From Candidatus Multivoradales bacterium (GTDB lineage Bacteria > Acidobacteriota > Thermoanaerobaculia > Multivoradales > JAHEKO01): a stretch of DNA of 64,000 nt. Both the position numbers and the translations under genes were made by a program. Positions 10,301-19,471 of the stretch are shown here, piece after piece; the stretch's first letter is position 1, and every line of letters starts with the position of its first letter. The notes under the pieces are model-generated. The model saw only the letters and a program-made list of their open reading frames with translations, was not told the origin of the DNA and made no database searches. The stretch covers positions 1,216,001 through 1,280,000 of the forward strand of contig CBDCXM010000009.1 in the NCBI GenBank assembly GCA_965223855.1, given 5' to 3'.

Positions 10301-12068
10301 AGTGAAGGGCGAGCTCGAAGCCGAACGGTCGCTTCGACTCGCTGCGGAAGACGAGCTGACGGCCCATGGAGAGGCGGGCGATCGCGAAGCCGAGCGTGTC
10401 GCGGCCCTCGAGGCCGAGCTCGAGACAGCGCGAGAGAGCTTCCGCGAGGTGGAGTCACGCGTCACCGAAGCGCAGGCGACGCTCGACATGGTCTCGGGGG
10501 AGAGGGCGACCCTGGAGGAGCGACTGGCGAGCGTCGAAGGCGAGTTGCAGGCGACGACCGCGGCGCTCGACGCAGCTCGAGAGCGGGTCGAACTCTCGAC
10601 CGGTGAGCTGGAAGCGGAGAGGACCGACCGCCTCGCCGTGGACGAGAAGATGCGATCCCTCGAGCAGGAACTCGCTCTGGAGCGTGAGCGAGGCGGTGCC
10701 CTCGAGAGCGAACGCGACCGACTCAGCGAGCGGCTGGAGGGCGGCAGGGAGGCTGCAGCTACCGCCGAGGAACGGGAAACGACGTTGCGCGAACAGTTGG
10801 AAGAGAGTCGGAGCGAGGTCGCCGAGCTCGAGACGGCTCGCGCGGCGGATGCGACGGCAAGGACCGATCTCGAAGAGCGCCTCGCGCGGGCAGAAGCGGA
10901 TCTGCGATCGGCCGTCGAGCGCGGTGCTGAGGTAGCGGGCGAGCTGGCGGCTCTCCAGGCGGCGACCGCGCCGCTCGAGCAGCAGTTGACGCAGGCGCAA
11001 AGCGAGGCGGCGACCACCGCCGCACTCGAGAAGAGCCTGGAGGACCTCGGAGAGCGGCTGGAAGAGGCCCGGCTCGACGCGGCCACGGCCACCAGCCGCG
11101 CGGCGGAGCTCGAGTCCGAGCTCGCCCGCCGCGACGACGAGCTTCAGAATGCGACGGCCCGCTGGAACGAGAGCGAGACGCGCCGCCGGAGCCTCGAGGA
11201 GAACCTCGAGGAGGGGCTCGCCTCGGCCGAGGCCCTCACGAGTGCGAACGCTCGACTTGTCGAGCTCGAGGCCGAGCGGGAGACCAGCAGCGAGAGGTTG
11301 GCTCAGGTCGAGGCGGAGCTCGAGGCCGGGCGCGCGGCTCTCGAGGTCGAAGCTCGCGACGCCGAAGCGGCTCGGGCACGGGCCGGGCGCCTCGAGACGG
11401 AGTTGGCGGCGCTGCGAGAAGAACTCGAGACCGTGCGGGCCGAGCCACCACTGGTCGCCGAAGGTGACCGCAAGATCGTCGTCGCCCCGCCGCTCGACCC
11501 GCCCGTCGAGCCGCTCGACGAGTCGGTGCCCGAGCGGGAGGCCCGAAGGACGACGCCCGCGGCGCCGCTGCCGGGGGTCGAGAGCTCGATTCCGGAGAGC
11601 TCCGTGCCTGCTGAACAGCCAGCAGCGCAACAGCGAGTTCCTGAACTGCCGGCTCCCGAGCGACGGATGCCTGCGCCGCCGACGCCGGAGGCGGATCGTC
11701 AGAGAACGGCCCGCCCCGACCCGATCGCACTCGCCGACGCCGTGCGGGCGTGGGCGAGCGCCTGGTCGTCGCAGAACGTCGATGCCTATCTCGACATGTA
11801 TGCGGATCGTTTCGTGCCGCCCGACGGGCTGAGCCGATCGGGGTGGGCGGATCAGCGCCGCACCCGAATCACCCGGCCGAGCTTCGTCGAGCTGACGATC
11901 GGGGAGATCGACGTGCAGGTGATCGCGCAGGATCGGGCGATCGTCTCGTTCCAGCAGGACTACCGCTCGAACACCTTCAACGACAGCGTGATCAAGACTC
12001 TCGAGCTCGTCCGGATCGGAGGAGCCTGGAAGATCGCCAGCGAACGGAGTCGGCCGGTTCCGGAGTAG
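7356..12068 (+). CDS. Giant exported protein: SH3b, long coiled coil, Pro-rich linker, NTF2-like (Csd6/Cds6 C-terminal type) domain
   Basis: Signal peptide. LNLRQEPSTDS...WIQVRT...GWV is SH3_3-like. About 1280 aa of Glu/Ala/Leu/Arg heptads follow. AWASAWSSQNVDAYL...FQQDYRS...KTLEL...WKIASE is NTF2-like. Confidence 0.85.
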   Translation: MLRVIVVFVAALVWAAAASIAETVRTTGRLNLRQEPSTDSQRVVLLEAGQELEVLARRGVWIQVRTGNADGWVHADYVTSASEDEETALRNASLAADVARLRVEQLEKELASLRAEGGSEVAAALRTEIEELREAMADKDRQIAALEEGAGQLSSVANAERLELLGRVEELTAERDALLAASDGGSAAGEPAATPRSDEQVAALESEIADLRSRLDDRERQVATLEAAGADQAATASELQALREALDRETGEKELAESERIVARREAEELAGALEEQQAWRSDAEGELTQLAEENSRLAGQLEELEGRRQQETSEATRAGDERVRELEAALAEARSLAASQEGARGEVESALAAEREQRTRVEQQLADAERSLAERTQSLDGSRDESEALVSQLDSARTELAAALERAEEQSVAVAALEQRLAAQAETLRGAGVESEAERSRSADLEARLAAATASAAEKSARVEELESALAEAEAAAEALNRTVSDLRGELGGRRQLDEQAEGRASELAANLEQATTELAAANAREQALSERFEALRELEARLRTDLATARADLEAGLERQGQLQDRLGTGDRRLEEAAATAQQHLETIAELETANAGLEARLEAALRQQSIGVGEARLQAASATELERELEQLRQQLGAAVARSEALEAELDRARELGTSARTRLGELAQGVARMSDLEVELEAARASLARERQARLAAEELSRDLGAERSSVESRELAERAERIEGLGREVAEVRADQQRAAEELTRVTAEVVAARAALAAALDRSSGLAGVADDLQEREIELADLRERLSSAERGREELSRELEARTTEVAAARTSAEQLSSELESLQISSRDEAQRMSAEKTEVETRLASLRDQLSETSGSAAAAREALEAELATARRSLEFAQAELADERAARAGVEEELAEVRDSGAQRVAAVEQQQTGLEASLRQAEALTSELRERLDARTAQAASSGERVSALEQELEIAVEELAAARRELGGVKGELEAERSLRLAAEDELTAHGEAGDREAERVAALEAELETARESFREVESRVTEAQATLDMVSGERATLEERLASVEGELQATTAALDAARERVELSTGELEAERTDRLAVDEKMRSLEQELALERERGGALESERDRLSERLEGGREAAATAEERETTLREQLEESRSEVAELETARAADATARTDLEERLARAEADLRSAVERGAEVAGELAALQAATAPLEQQLTQAQSEAATTAALEKSLEDLGERLEEARLDAATATSRAAELESELARRDDELQNATARWNESETRRRSLEENLEEGLASAEALTSANARLVELEAERETSSERLAQVEAELEAGRAALEVEARDAEAARARAGRLETELAALREELETVRAEPPLVAEGDRKIVVAPPLDPPVEPLDESVPEREARRTTPAAPLPGVESSIPESSVPAEQPAAQQRVPELPAPERRMPAPPTPEADRQRTARPDPIALADAVRAWASAWSSQNVDAYLDMYADRFVPPDGLSRSGWADQRRTRITRPSFVELTIGEIDVQVIAQDRAIVSFQQDYRSNTFNDSVIKTLELVRIGGAWKIASERSRPVPE

Positions 12069-12101
12069 CTGCCGCCGTGAGGTGCCGACGCCCGGCAGCC
12101 G

Positions 12102-13379
12102 TCAGTCGTAGCGCACCCAGCGCCACAGCTCCTGGAGTGTCGGCTTCTTGCCGTACATCAGGATGCCGGTGCGGTAGATCCGGCCGGCGACGGCCACCAT
12201 CAGCCAGGCGAAGCCGATGGCGAGCAGGTAGCCGAGCCCGACCTGCCACATCGGCGGCGTCTTGACCGCGATTCTCAGCAGCATGATCGTCGGTGTGAAC
12301 GGCGGGAAGAGCGACGTGACGACCGAAAGCGTCGAGTCGGGGTCGTTGATGACGAGGAAGAAGAACAGCATCGGCGCGACCAGCAGGAACACCGCGAAGC
12401 CGGCGAACTGCTGCGCCTCCTGCACGTTGTTGAACGCCGCGCCGATCGCCGCGTAGAGGGCGGCGTAGACGAAGAAGCCGATCATGAAGAGCGCGATGAA
12501 GTGGACGATCACCGCCGGCTCGAGCTGCGGGATGTCGACCTGGGTCGACAGGATGCCGAGCGAGGTGGCGACCGCCGGTGCTGTGAGCACACCGACGCTC
12601 ACCAGCCATAGGACGAGCTGCGTCAGGGCGATCCCGCAGATCCCGGCGAGCTTGCCCATCATCAGTTCGCGCGGTCTGGCGGTCGAGGCGATCACCTCGA
12701 CGATGCGCGAGGTCTTCTCCTCGAGCACGCCGTTCATCACCTGTTGGCCGTAGATCATCAGCATCAGGTAGAGCAGGAAAAAGAGGATGTAGGCGAGAAA
12801 GAAGCCGGCCTCGGCCCGCTCCTCGCTGCTCCCTTCCTCGGTCACCCTCACCGTGCGCAGGTCGATCGTGTCGAGGAGTCCCTCGACGTCGGCCTCCTCG
12901 AGGTCGAGCCGCGCCAGGCGCTCGCGGCGCACGACGTCGGTGAGGCGTCGCTCGATGACCGATTGGGTGAGGAAGCTGGAGACCGACTCGCTGTGGTACT
13001 CGACCTCGCCAGCTTCGAGATCGGCGTCCCGAAGCCAGATCCAGGCATCGATCTCGCCCTCGAGGATCCTGCGATCGAGCTCCTGCCGCTGGGTCTCGCG
13101 CTCCGAAGCAGGCGGCTCGAGCAGGATTTCGAACGAGTTGCGGATGTCCGAACGCTGCTCGCCCGTGAGGGCCTCCTCGACGGCTTCGCCCAGCCTCCCG
13201 GTCTCGTCCACGACCGCCAGCGTTCGGTTCGAGCTGGAGCGCGCGGCCAGCAGCGACGGCACCACCGTCAGCGCGAGAATCAGCACCGGGAGGGCGATGG
13301 TCGAGATCCAGAACCCCTTGCTCCGCATCCGCTCGAGGTACTCACGGCGGGCGATGACGAACGCCTTGCTACCGAGCAT
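12102..13379 (-). CDS. ABC-2 exporter permease (NatB/YhaP-like)
   Basis: Start reassigned to ATG 13379 (MLGSKAFVIARREY), which overlaps the ATPase stop. Contains EEKTSRIVEV...LMMGKL and several TM helices. Confidence 0.9.
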   Translation of the reverse strand: MLGSKAFVIARREYLERMRSKGFWISTIALPVLILALTVVPSLLAARSSSNRTLAVVDETGRLGEAVEEALTGEQRSDIRNSFEILLEPPASERETQRQELDRRILEGEIDAWIWLRDADLEAGEVEYHSESVSSFLTQSVIERRLTDVVRRERLARLDLEEADVEGLLDTIDLRTVRVTEEGSSEERAEAGFFLAYILFFLLYLMLMIYGQQVMNGVLEEKTSRIVEVIASTARPRELMMGKLAGICGIALTQLVLWLVSVGVLTAPAVATSLGILSTQVDIPQLEPAVIVHFIALFMIGFFVYAALYAAIGAAFNNVQEAQQFAGFAVFLLVAPMLFFFLVINDPDSTLSVVTSLFPPFTPTIMLLRIAVKTPPMWQVGLGYLLAIGFAWLMVAVAGRIYRTGILMYGKKPTLQELWRWVRYD

Positions 13380-14274
13380 CCTGCACCGCCTTGATGAAGA
13401 TGCTCTCGAGGTCCGGCTCCTCCGAGGCGAACTCGTGGACCGCGCCGTGCCGAACGATCCGGGCGAGCACGTCCGCCCCCTCGACACCGTCGTCCAGCAG
13501 CAGTCGGGTGACCCCGCGTTCGTCGTTGGCGCTCGCGATCCCCTCGAGACCGGCGAGGGTCTCGGTCGCCACCTCGGTCGCGACCCGGTAGCTGTTGCCG
13601 CGGAGCTCCCGCTTGATCCCGGCGAGATCGCCGCCCAAGATCGCCCGGCCGTTCGAGATCAGGCAGATGTGGTCGCACAGCTTCTCCGCCTGCTCCATGA
13701 TGTGGGTCGAGAAGAGGATCGTCCTCCCCTTCGACCGGTACTCCTCCAGCAGCTCCTTGAAGAGACCCTGATTGATCGGGTCGAGACCCGAGAACGGCTC
13801 GTCGAGGACGAGGATCTCCGGCTCGTGGAGGATGGTGCCGATCAGCTGGATCTTCTGCTGCATCCCCTTGGAGAGCTCCTCGACCTTGGAGCGCGCCCGG
13901 TCGGCGAGCCCGACGCGATCGAGCCAGTCCTCGAGGCGCGGCCCCGCCTCGGCTCGCGACAGGCCGTGCAGCTCGGCGAGGAAGAGGAGTTGATCCTGCA
14001 CCCGCATCTTCTGGTAGAGCCCGCGCTCCTCCGGCAGATAGCCGATCCGGTCGAGATCCTCCCTCCGGCGAGATCGTCCGAAGAGGCGGATCTCCCCCCG
14101 ATCGGGGGCGAGAATGTCCATCAGCATCCGGATGGTCGTTGATTTGCCGGCGCCGTTCGGGCCGAGGAGGCCGAAGATGGAACCGGTCGGGATGTCGAGC
14201 GACAGCGAATCGACGGCGACGAAGTCGCCGTAGTTCTTGCCGATCGAGTCGAGCTGAATGTGATGTCGGGTCAT
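13369..14274 (-). CDS. ABC transporter ATP-binding protein (NatA/YhaQ-like)
   Basis: Walker A GPNGAGKST, signature LSKGMQQK, Walker B ILVLDEPFSGLD, H-loop STH. Confidence 0.95.
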   Translation of the reverse strand: MTRHHIQLDSIGKNYGDFVAVDSLSLDIPTGSIFGLLGPNGAGKSTTIRMLMDILAPDRGEIRLFGRSRRREDLDRIGYLPEERGLYQKMRVQDQLLFLAELHGLSRAEAGPRLEDWLDRVGLADRARSKVEELSKGMQQKIQLIGTILHEPEILVLDEPFSGLDPINQGLFKELLEEYRSKGRTILFSTHIMEQAEKLCDHICLISNGRAILGGDLAGIKRELRGNSYRVATEVATETLAGLEGIASANDERGVTRLLLDDGVEGADVLARIVRHGAVHEFASEEPDLESIFIKAVQDAR

Positions 14275-14310
14275 GAAGGAAGCCTTCGCGGCGGCGGCCG
14301 GACGACTCTA

Positions 14311-14337
14311 ATACGCAGCCGCGGCGCAACTGTTCCA
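14311..14337 (-). promoter_or_regulatory. Putative ECF (SigW-like) promoter for the ABC exporter operon
   Basis: Minus strand reads TGGAAC-N16-CGTAT, close to the SigW consensus TGAAAC-N16-CGTA, 36 nt upstream of the ATG. Confidence 0.45.
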
Positions 14338-14413
14338 GCCGCTGCGGTGGCGGAATGAGGGGCCCGATCCCGATGTTAGGGTAGGCGGCTGCCGAGAGGG
14401 CCGCGGACCCCGC

Positions 14414-16537
14414 ATGACGACGTCACGAGCTTCCATCGCCCTTCTCGCTGTGCTGTGCGTCACCAGACTCGGTGCCGAAGCGCTCCGGGCGGATCCGGTC
14501 CAGGGTCGACTGACCGCCGCCGGCGGAGAGCCGGTCGAAGGGGCGCTCCTGGAGCTGGAGGGCGAGATGGTCGGCTACACCGACCTCGACGGCCGCTTCA
14601 CGGTCGATGTCGGGCTCGAGGCGGTGCTCGAGGTCAGCCATCCGCTCTTCGAGACGGCGACGATCGAGGTCACCTCGACCCGGCTCCCGACGATCGTCCT
14701 GGAACCACGTAGGGTACGGCAGGAGATCGCCGTCACGGCAAGTGGCGGCGACCGGTCGTACGCTCCGACGAGCGTCGCCAGCACGGTGGTCAACGCGAGT
14801 GAGCTCGCCGCCCCGCCGGCGACCCTCACCGAGCTGGTCGCCAGCTCCGCCGGTGTGTCGGAGAACGGCCAGGGGGGAATCTTCCAGACCTACTCGATTC
14901 GCGGCATCGCGCGGCTGCGCGTCCTCACGCTGTTGTCGGGGATGAGGGTGATCGGCGAACGTCGTGCCGGCGTGTCCGCCTCGTTCCTCGACCCCGGCCT
15001 GATGGGCGACGTCGACGTTCTGCGAGGGCCGTCCTCGACCTACTACGGTTCGGGCGCGCTCGGCGGGGTGATCCAGATGTTCCCGCGTGAGTTCGACTCG
15101 GCCTACGGCGAGCTGAGCTTCGAATCGAACGGCGACGGCAGCCGGGGACTCTTCGGCTGGGGAGACGGCCGGACCAACTTCGGGATCGCCCATCGGCGGT
15201 CCGAGCAGGGCGAGACCCCGGCCGGCGAAGCGCTCAACGACGGCTTCGACCAGACCTCGGCGACCTTCCAGCATCGCTGGGAGCGAGGGGAGCGACGCTA
15301 CTCGCTGCTCGCTATCGGTTCGCGCGGCACCGACATCGGCAAGTCGAACAGCGACTTCCCCGAGCGCGTCACCGACTACCCGGAGGAGAACCATCTGCTG
15401 GTGCGTTTCGAGGCGCGGGGTGCCCCCGGTTGGCGCGTCGAGGCGTGGGCGCACCCGAACGATCTGATCACCGAGGTGCGCCGCGACGGTGAGCTGACGA
15501 CGACCGCCAACGAGGCGCTCGATCTCGGCTTCAACTTCCAGCAGCGCCGCAAGTGGGGGAGTGACGGTGCGGTGCGCTTCGGCTTCGACTACTTCGGTCG
15601 TGTCGACGTTACCGCCGACGAGACGATCGAACCGCTCGCCGACCCGTCGGGCGGCGTCTTCTCCCAGCGTCCGCTCGACGCCAGCGAGAGCGAACTGGGC
15701 CTCTACGGTGCCTACGAGCGCCACGTCGGGAATGTCTTCCTGCTGCTCGGCGGGCGCCTCGCCGCCGTTCGGCAAAGCGCGGCCGATGCCCGGCGCGAGG
15801 ACGACTCCGCGCTCAGCGGTTTCGCCGGCGTCGTCGTGCCCCTGGGCTCGGGCTTCGAGATGACCGCCAATCTCGGCAGCGGGATGCGATTCCCTTCCCT
15901 GTCGGAGCGCTATTTCAACGGCGTCACGCCTCGCGGCTCCGTGATCGGCAACCCGGAGCTCGAGCCCGAGCGCTCGCGCACGATCGACGCCGGCCTTCGC
16001 TATTCCGCCTCGCGCTTCTTCGCCTCTCTCGCGGTGTTCTCGAACTCGATCGACGACTACATCGAGCGGGTGGAAGTCGCCGCCGACGAGCTGACCTTCG
16101 TCAACCTGACTTCCGGCACCGTGGAGGGGATCGAGTTCGAGGCGGTCTACGCGCCGCGTACGGCGTTCCAGTTCGTCTTCGGCGGTCACGCCATCGAGGG
16201 GCGGGCCGACGACGACCAGGCGCTGGCCGACGTGCCGCCCGACAGCGTCTTCGCCGACGCCCGAGGCCGTCACGAGCGGTGGCGGTGGAACCTCCGGTGG
16301 GAGCATCGCTTCGCCAAGGACGATCCGGGCAGCGGAGAACTCGAGATCGACGCAACCGATCTGCTCGATGCTTCGCTCGGCTACGACCTTCCCAGAGGCC
16401 TCACCCTCACCCTGGCGGCGCGCAACCTGCTCGACGAGACCTACTTCGCCTCCGCGGACGACAAGGCGTCGATCGCACGCGCCCGCTCGGTCACGCTGAC
16501 CCTGGGCTGGACCGCGGACGCCTCGCTCGGCGGTTGA
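14414..16537 (+). CDS. TonB-dependent receptor
   Basis: Signal peptide, N-terminal CarboxypepD-like domain, plug motifs SIRG and VDVLRGPSSTYYGSGALGGVI, GNPELEPERS, and C-terminal ARNLLDETY. Confidence 0.92.
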   Translation: MTTSRASIALLAVLCVTRLGAEALRADPVQGRLTAAGGEPVEGALLELEGEMVGYTDLDGRFTVDVGLEAVLEVSHPLFETATIEVTSTRLPTIVLEPRRVRQEIAVTASGGDRSYAPTSVASTVVNASELAAPPATLTELVASSAGVSENGQGGIFQTYSIRGIARLRVLTLLSGMRVIGERRAGVSASFLDPGLMGDVDVLRGPSSTYYGSGALGGVIQMFPREFDSAYGELSFESNGDGSRGLFGWGDGRTNFGIAHRRSEQGETPAGEALNDGFDQTSATFQHRWERGERRYSLLAIGSRGTDIGKSNSDFPERVTDYPEENHLLVRFEARGAPGWRVEAWAHPNDLITEVRRDGELTTTANEALDLGFNFQQRRKWGSDGAVRFGFDYFGRVDVTADETIEPLADPSGGVFSQRPLDASESELGLYGAYERHVGNVFLLLGGRLAAVRQSAADARREDDSALSGFAGVVVPLGSGFEMTANLGSGMRFPSLSERYFNGVTPRGSVIGNPELEPERSRTIDAGLRYSASRFFASLAVFSNSIDDYIERVEVAADELTFVNLTSGTVEGIEFEAVYAPRTAFQFVFGGHAIEGRADDDQALADVPPDSVFADARGRHERWRWNLRWEHRFAKDDPGSGELEIDATDLLDASLGYDLPRGLTLTLAARNLLDETYFASADDKASIARARSVTLTLGWTADASLGG

Positions 16538-16573
16538 CGAGACCGCAACGGCATCGCCGCCCGTAGCTCCCGT

Positions 16574-17962
16574 ATGCGCCGCCTCGGTCTGCTTCTCCTC
16601 GCCGCCGCAGCGGTGTACTGGGGGGTGCCGGCGGCGGCACCGGCCTTCCTGCTCGGCGGCATCCAGGTCAACGAGCCCGATCACGCTGCGTGGATCGAGG
16701 CGCTCGACGACGCCCGGATGAACACGGTCGCCGTCACCGTGTACGCGAAGCACGGCGACTGGGACTCGGACAATCTGTGGTTCGAGGACGAGGAGCCGTG
16801 GGTCGTTCACGAGGTGCGCGAGGCGCACCGCCACGGCCTCGACTCGGTGCTGGTGCTGCGCGTCGCGCTCGACCACGCCTTCGAGCCCAACAAGTTCTTC
16901 TGGCACGGCATGATCTGGCCGGAGGGCGACGAACGGCTCGCCGAGTGGTTCGACCGCTACGAGCGATTCGCCGTCAAGTGGGGCCGGATCGCCGAAGAGG
17001 AAGGCATCGGAGTGCTGGCGATCGCGAGCGAGCTCAATTCGATGACCAACACCGCGCCGCTCGCCGAGTTGCCCGGTCTCGAGGAGTACTTCGCCAACGA
17101 CGAGAAGGTCGAGGGAGAGAACGCCCGCATCCTCGAGCACGAGGAGACGATCGAGTCGAAGCACCTGTGGGTGCGGGGGCACGATCCGGGCGACTCGCTG
17201 CCGGAGTTTCTCGACGAACGCTCCGCCGCCGAGCGGGCCTGGGCGCTCAGGGTCGCCTATCTCGACGCCGACGACTCGTTAGCGGCGATCAACGCCAGGC
17301 GCAGTGAGCTCGAGCGCCGCTGGCGGCGGGTGATCGCGGCGGTCCGTGAGGTCTACAGCGGCCGCCTGACCTACGCCGCCAACTTCGACCAGTACGAAGA
17401 GGTCGGGTTCTGGGATGCCCTCGACCTGATCGGCGTCAACGCCTACTTCCCGCTGCGACGCCACTACGTGCCGGAGATCGGCGACGGCGAGCTGGAGGCG
17501 CTGCTGGAATCGCGCTGGGCGGTCGTCCTCCGGCGCCTGGCTGCCTTCAGGGAGCGCATCGGGCTTCCCGACCACGAATATCTCTTCACCGAGCTCGGCT
17601 ATGTCCGGCGCCGTCATTCGACGATCGAACCGTGGGCCTCGCACGGCTTCTCGGTGCTGCCGGCGGCGGACGGGGAGCGGTTGGTCGTCTGGGAGGAGCA
17701 GGAGAGCGACCTGGCCGAGCGGGCGGCCGCCGTGCGGGGTCTCTATCGGGCACAGCTCGCCCACCCGCGCAATCTGCTCTCGGGCCTGCTCTACTGGAAA
17801 CTCTCGACGGTCCCGAGCCATGTCGAGGTCGAGCCGTTCGTCCTCGTGCTGGGCGACAGCGACCCCCTCGAGCAGGAACTCGCCGCCTTCGTCGAACGAC
17901 AGCCGTGGGACCGGCTCCGCGGCCTGGGCCGGGCGGCGATCGACAGCGTCAGCCCCGAGTAG
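16574..17962 (+). CDS. GH113-like (GTA TIM-barrel) glycoside hydrolase, exported
   Basis: IASEL (acid/base Glu), VREVYSGRLTYAANFD, FWDALDLIGVNAYFPL, FTELGY (nucleophile Glu). Confidence 0.8.
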   Translation: MRRLGLLLLAAAAVYWGVPAAAPAFLLGGIQVNEPDHAAWIEALDDARMNTVAVTVYAKHGDWDSDNLWFEDEEPWVVHEVREAHRHGLDSVLVLRVALDHAFEPNKFFWHGMIWPEGDERLAEWFDRYERFAVKWGRIAEEEGIGVLAIASELNSMTNTAPLAELPGLEEYFANDEKVEGENARILEHEETIESKHLWVRGHDPGDSLPEFLDERSAAERAWALRVAYLDADDSLAAINARRSELERRWRRVIAAVREVYSGRLTYAANFDQYEEVGFWDALDLIGVNAYFPLRRHYVPEIGDGELEALLESRWAVVLRRLAAFRERIGLPDHEYLFTELGYVRRRHSTIEPWASHGFSVLPAADGERLVVWEEQESDLAERAAAVRGLYRAQLAHPRNLLSGLLYWKLSTVPSHVEVEPFVLVLGDSDPLEQELAAFVERQPWDRLRGLGRAAIDSVSPE

Positions 17963-18008
17963 AAGAGAGAAGCTGCCCGTCAGGGTGGCGGGTTCGAGAG
18001 AAGCCGCG

Positions 18009-18539
18009 TCAGGACTTCGCTGCCGCAGTGGCCGCGGCCGGCAGTGCGCCCTGAGGATCGCGAGCCGGCTTCGAATCGCTGGTGCCCTTTCCGGGCGACT
18101 GCTTCGCGGCCTCCGCCGCTGCATTGTCGGCAGCCTCACGCGCCCGGCGGGTCGGCTCCATGTCGATCGAGCCGCGGAACTTGGCGCCGTTCTCGAGCGT
18201 GACGCTCGGAGCGGTGATGTTGCCCTCGAGCTTGCCGGAGGGGCGGATGATCACCTCCTCCTCGCCGTTGAGGTTCCCCTTCACCTCCCCTTCGACGCAG
18301 ATCGAGCGGCTATGGATGTCCGCCTTGATGCGACCGGAGTCGGCGACCACGACACGGTACTTGGGCAGCTTCACCGTGCCCTCGATCGCTCCCTCGATGC
18401 GCAGGTCCTCGGAGCCACTGAGGTCGCCTCGGATCGAGATCGACGCCCCGAGAGTCGACACGCGACCGTCGCTCTTGCGACCGGAGGTCGAGGGTGTCGC
18501 GGGGGTCGAATCGGGGCTGTCGGTACGGTTCCAGGCCAT
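18009..18539 (-). CDS. Bactofilin (polymer-forming cytoskeletal protein)
   Basis: STLGASISIRGDLSGSEDLRIEGAIEG...VEGEVKGNL...LENGAKFRGSIDM beta-helix repeats. Confidence 0.93.
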   Translation of the reverse strand: MAWNRTDSPDSTPATPSTSGRKSDGRVSTLGASISIRGDLSGSEDLRIEGAIEGTVKLPKYRVVVADSGRIKADIHSRSICVEGEVKGNLNGEEEVIIRPSGKLEGNITAPSVTLENGAKFRGSIDMEPTRRAREAADNAAAEAAKQSPGKGTSDSKPARDPQGALPAAATAAAKS

Positions 18540-18802
18540 TGGCAGGGGTCCTTTCGGAGAAGGGAGGAAATCAATCGACGGGGAGCCGGCTCGAGAGAGC
18601 TGACCATTGGTGCCTGAGAGAACGCTCGATGATTGAACGATTTCTCAAGCCGACTCCCCGCCGAATCTGAGCGTGGAAAGGCGCCGGGCCCGCCACGACG
18701 GCCTGGGGACCGACGGACGTAGGGCGGGCCGAAGGGACGGACCCGGCGATGAGGATTGAGCTCGGTGACATCTGCAATTGGGTGGGATCCAGAGATGAGC
18801 CA

Positions 18803-19351
18803 CTAGAAATCGAAGCGAAGCAGAGCTCCGAGCGTGATGGTGTCGGAACCGCCCCGATCGACGAGATCGACGTCGTCGAAGCGGTAGTTGCCGTGCAGGT
18901 CGAGCCGCACGTTGGGAACGAGATCGATGTTGAAGCCGGCGCGGGCGGCGTAGAACGCGTCCGAGAACCCGTCATCCTCGAAGCCGTCGGAGTAGAGGAC
19001 GCCGACACCGACGCCGCCGTAGAGGCCCTTGCCGAAGAGCGCGTAGACGATCGGCGAGTAGGCCTCTGCGTCCGCGCCCTGGAAGCCGCGCTCGAAGTAC
19101 TCGAGGTCGAACTCCCAGCGGAAGTACTGGTTCGGCAACAGCTGGTAGGCGAACAGATACGACTCTCCCGATCCGGTGATCGAGTCGATCGACGTCGGGT
19201 CGAGATTGTCGACCGTCTCCCAGTAGTGGATGCCGAAGCCGATCTGATGATCGACCGCCGCCAGCGGGTTCGTCGTCGCGAGCGCCAACCCGGCGACGAG
19301 GCCGAGCAGCGGTCGGGTGGCGTTGGGAGAGCGGTGAAGCACGACCCTCAT
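18803..19351 (-). CDS. Small outer-membrane beta-barrel protein
   Basis: Signal peptide, alternating amphipathic strands and a terminal Phe (GALLRFDF). Start chosen at ATG 19351. Confidence 0.75.
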   Translation of the reverse strand: MRVVLHRSPNATRPLLGLVAGLALATTNPLAAVDHQIGFGIHYWETVDNLDPTSIDSITGSGESYLFAYQLLPNQYFRWEFDLEYFERGFQGADAEAYSPIVYALFGKGLYGGVGVGVLYSDGFEDDGFSDAFYAARAGFNIDLVPNVRLDLHGNYRFDDVDLVDRGGSDTITLGALLRFDF

Positions 19352-19471
19352 GGACTGCAGGCGGCGTGCCACCCTGCGAGGATGGAGCTAAGTGCGATGG
19401 GGAAAGCGTTTTCGGCTCATCGACACTGGTGCGGTGCCGGTGGGTCGAAGAGGGAGGCAGGGAAGATCTCC

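Noticed and set aside
7356-12068. SMC/chromosome-segregation protein or phage tape measure
   Set aside because: There is no Walker A/B or hinge and no phage genes nearby, and the protein has a signal peptide and an SH3b domain.
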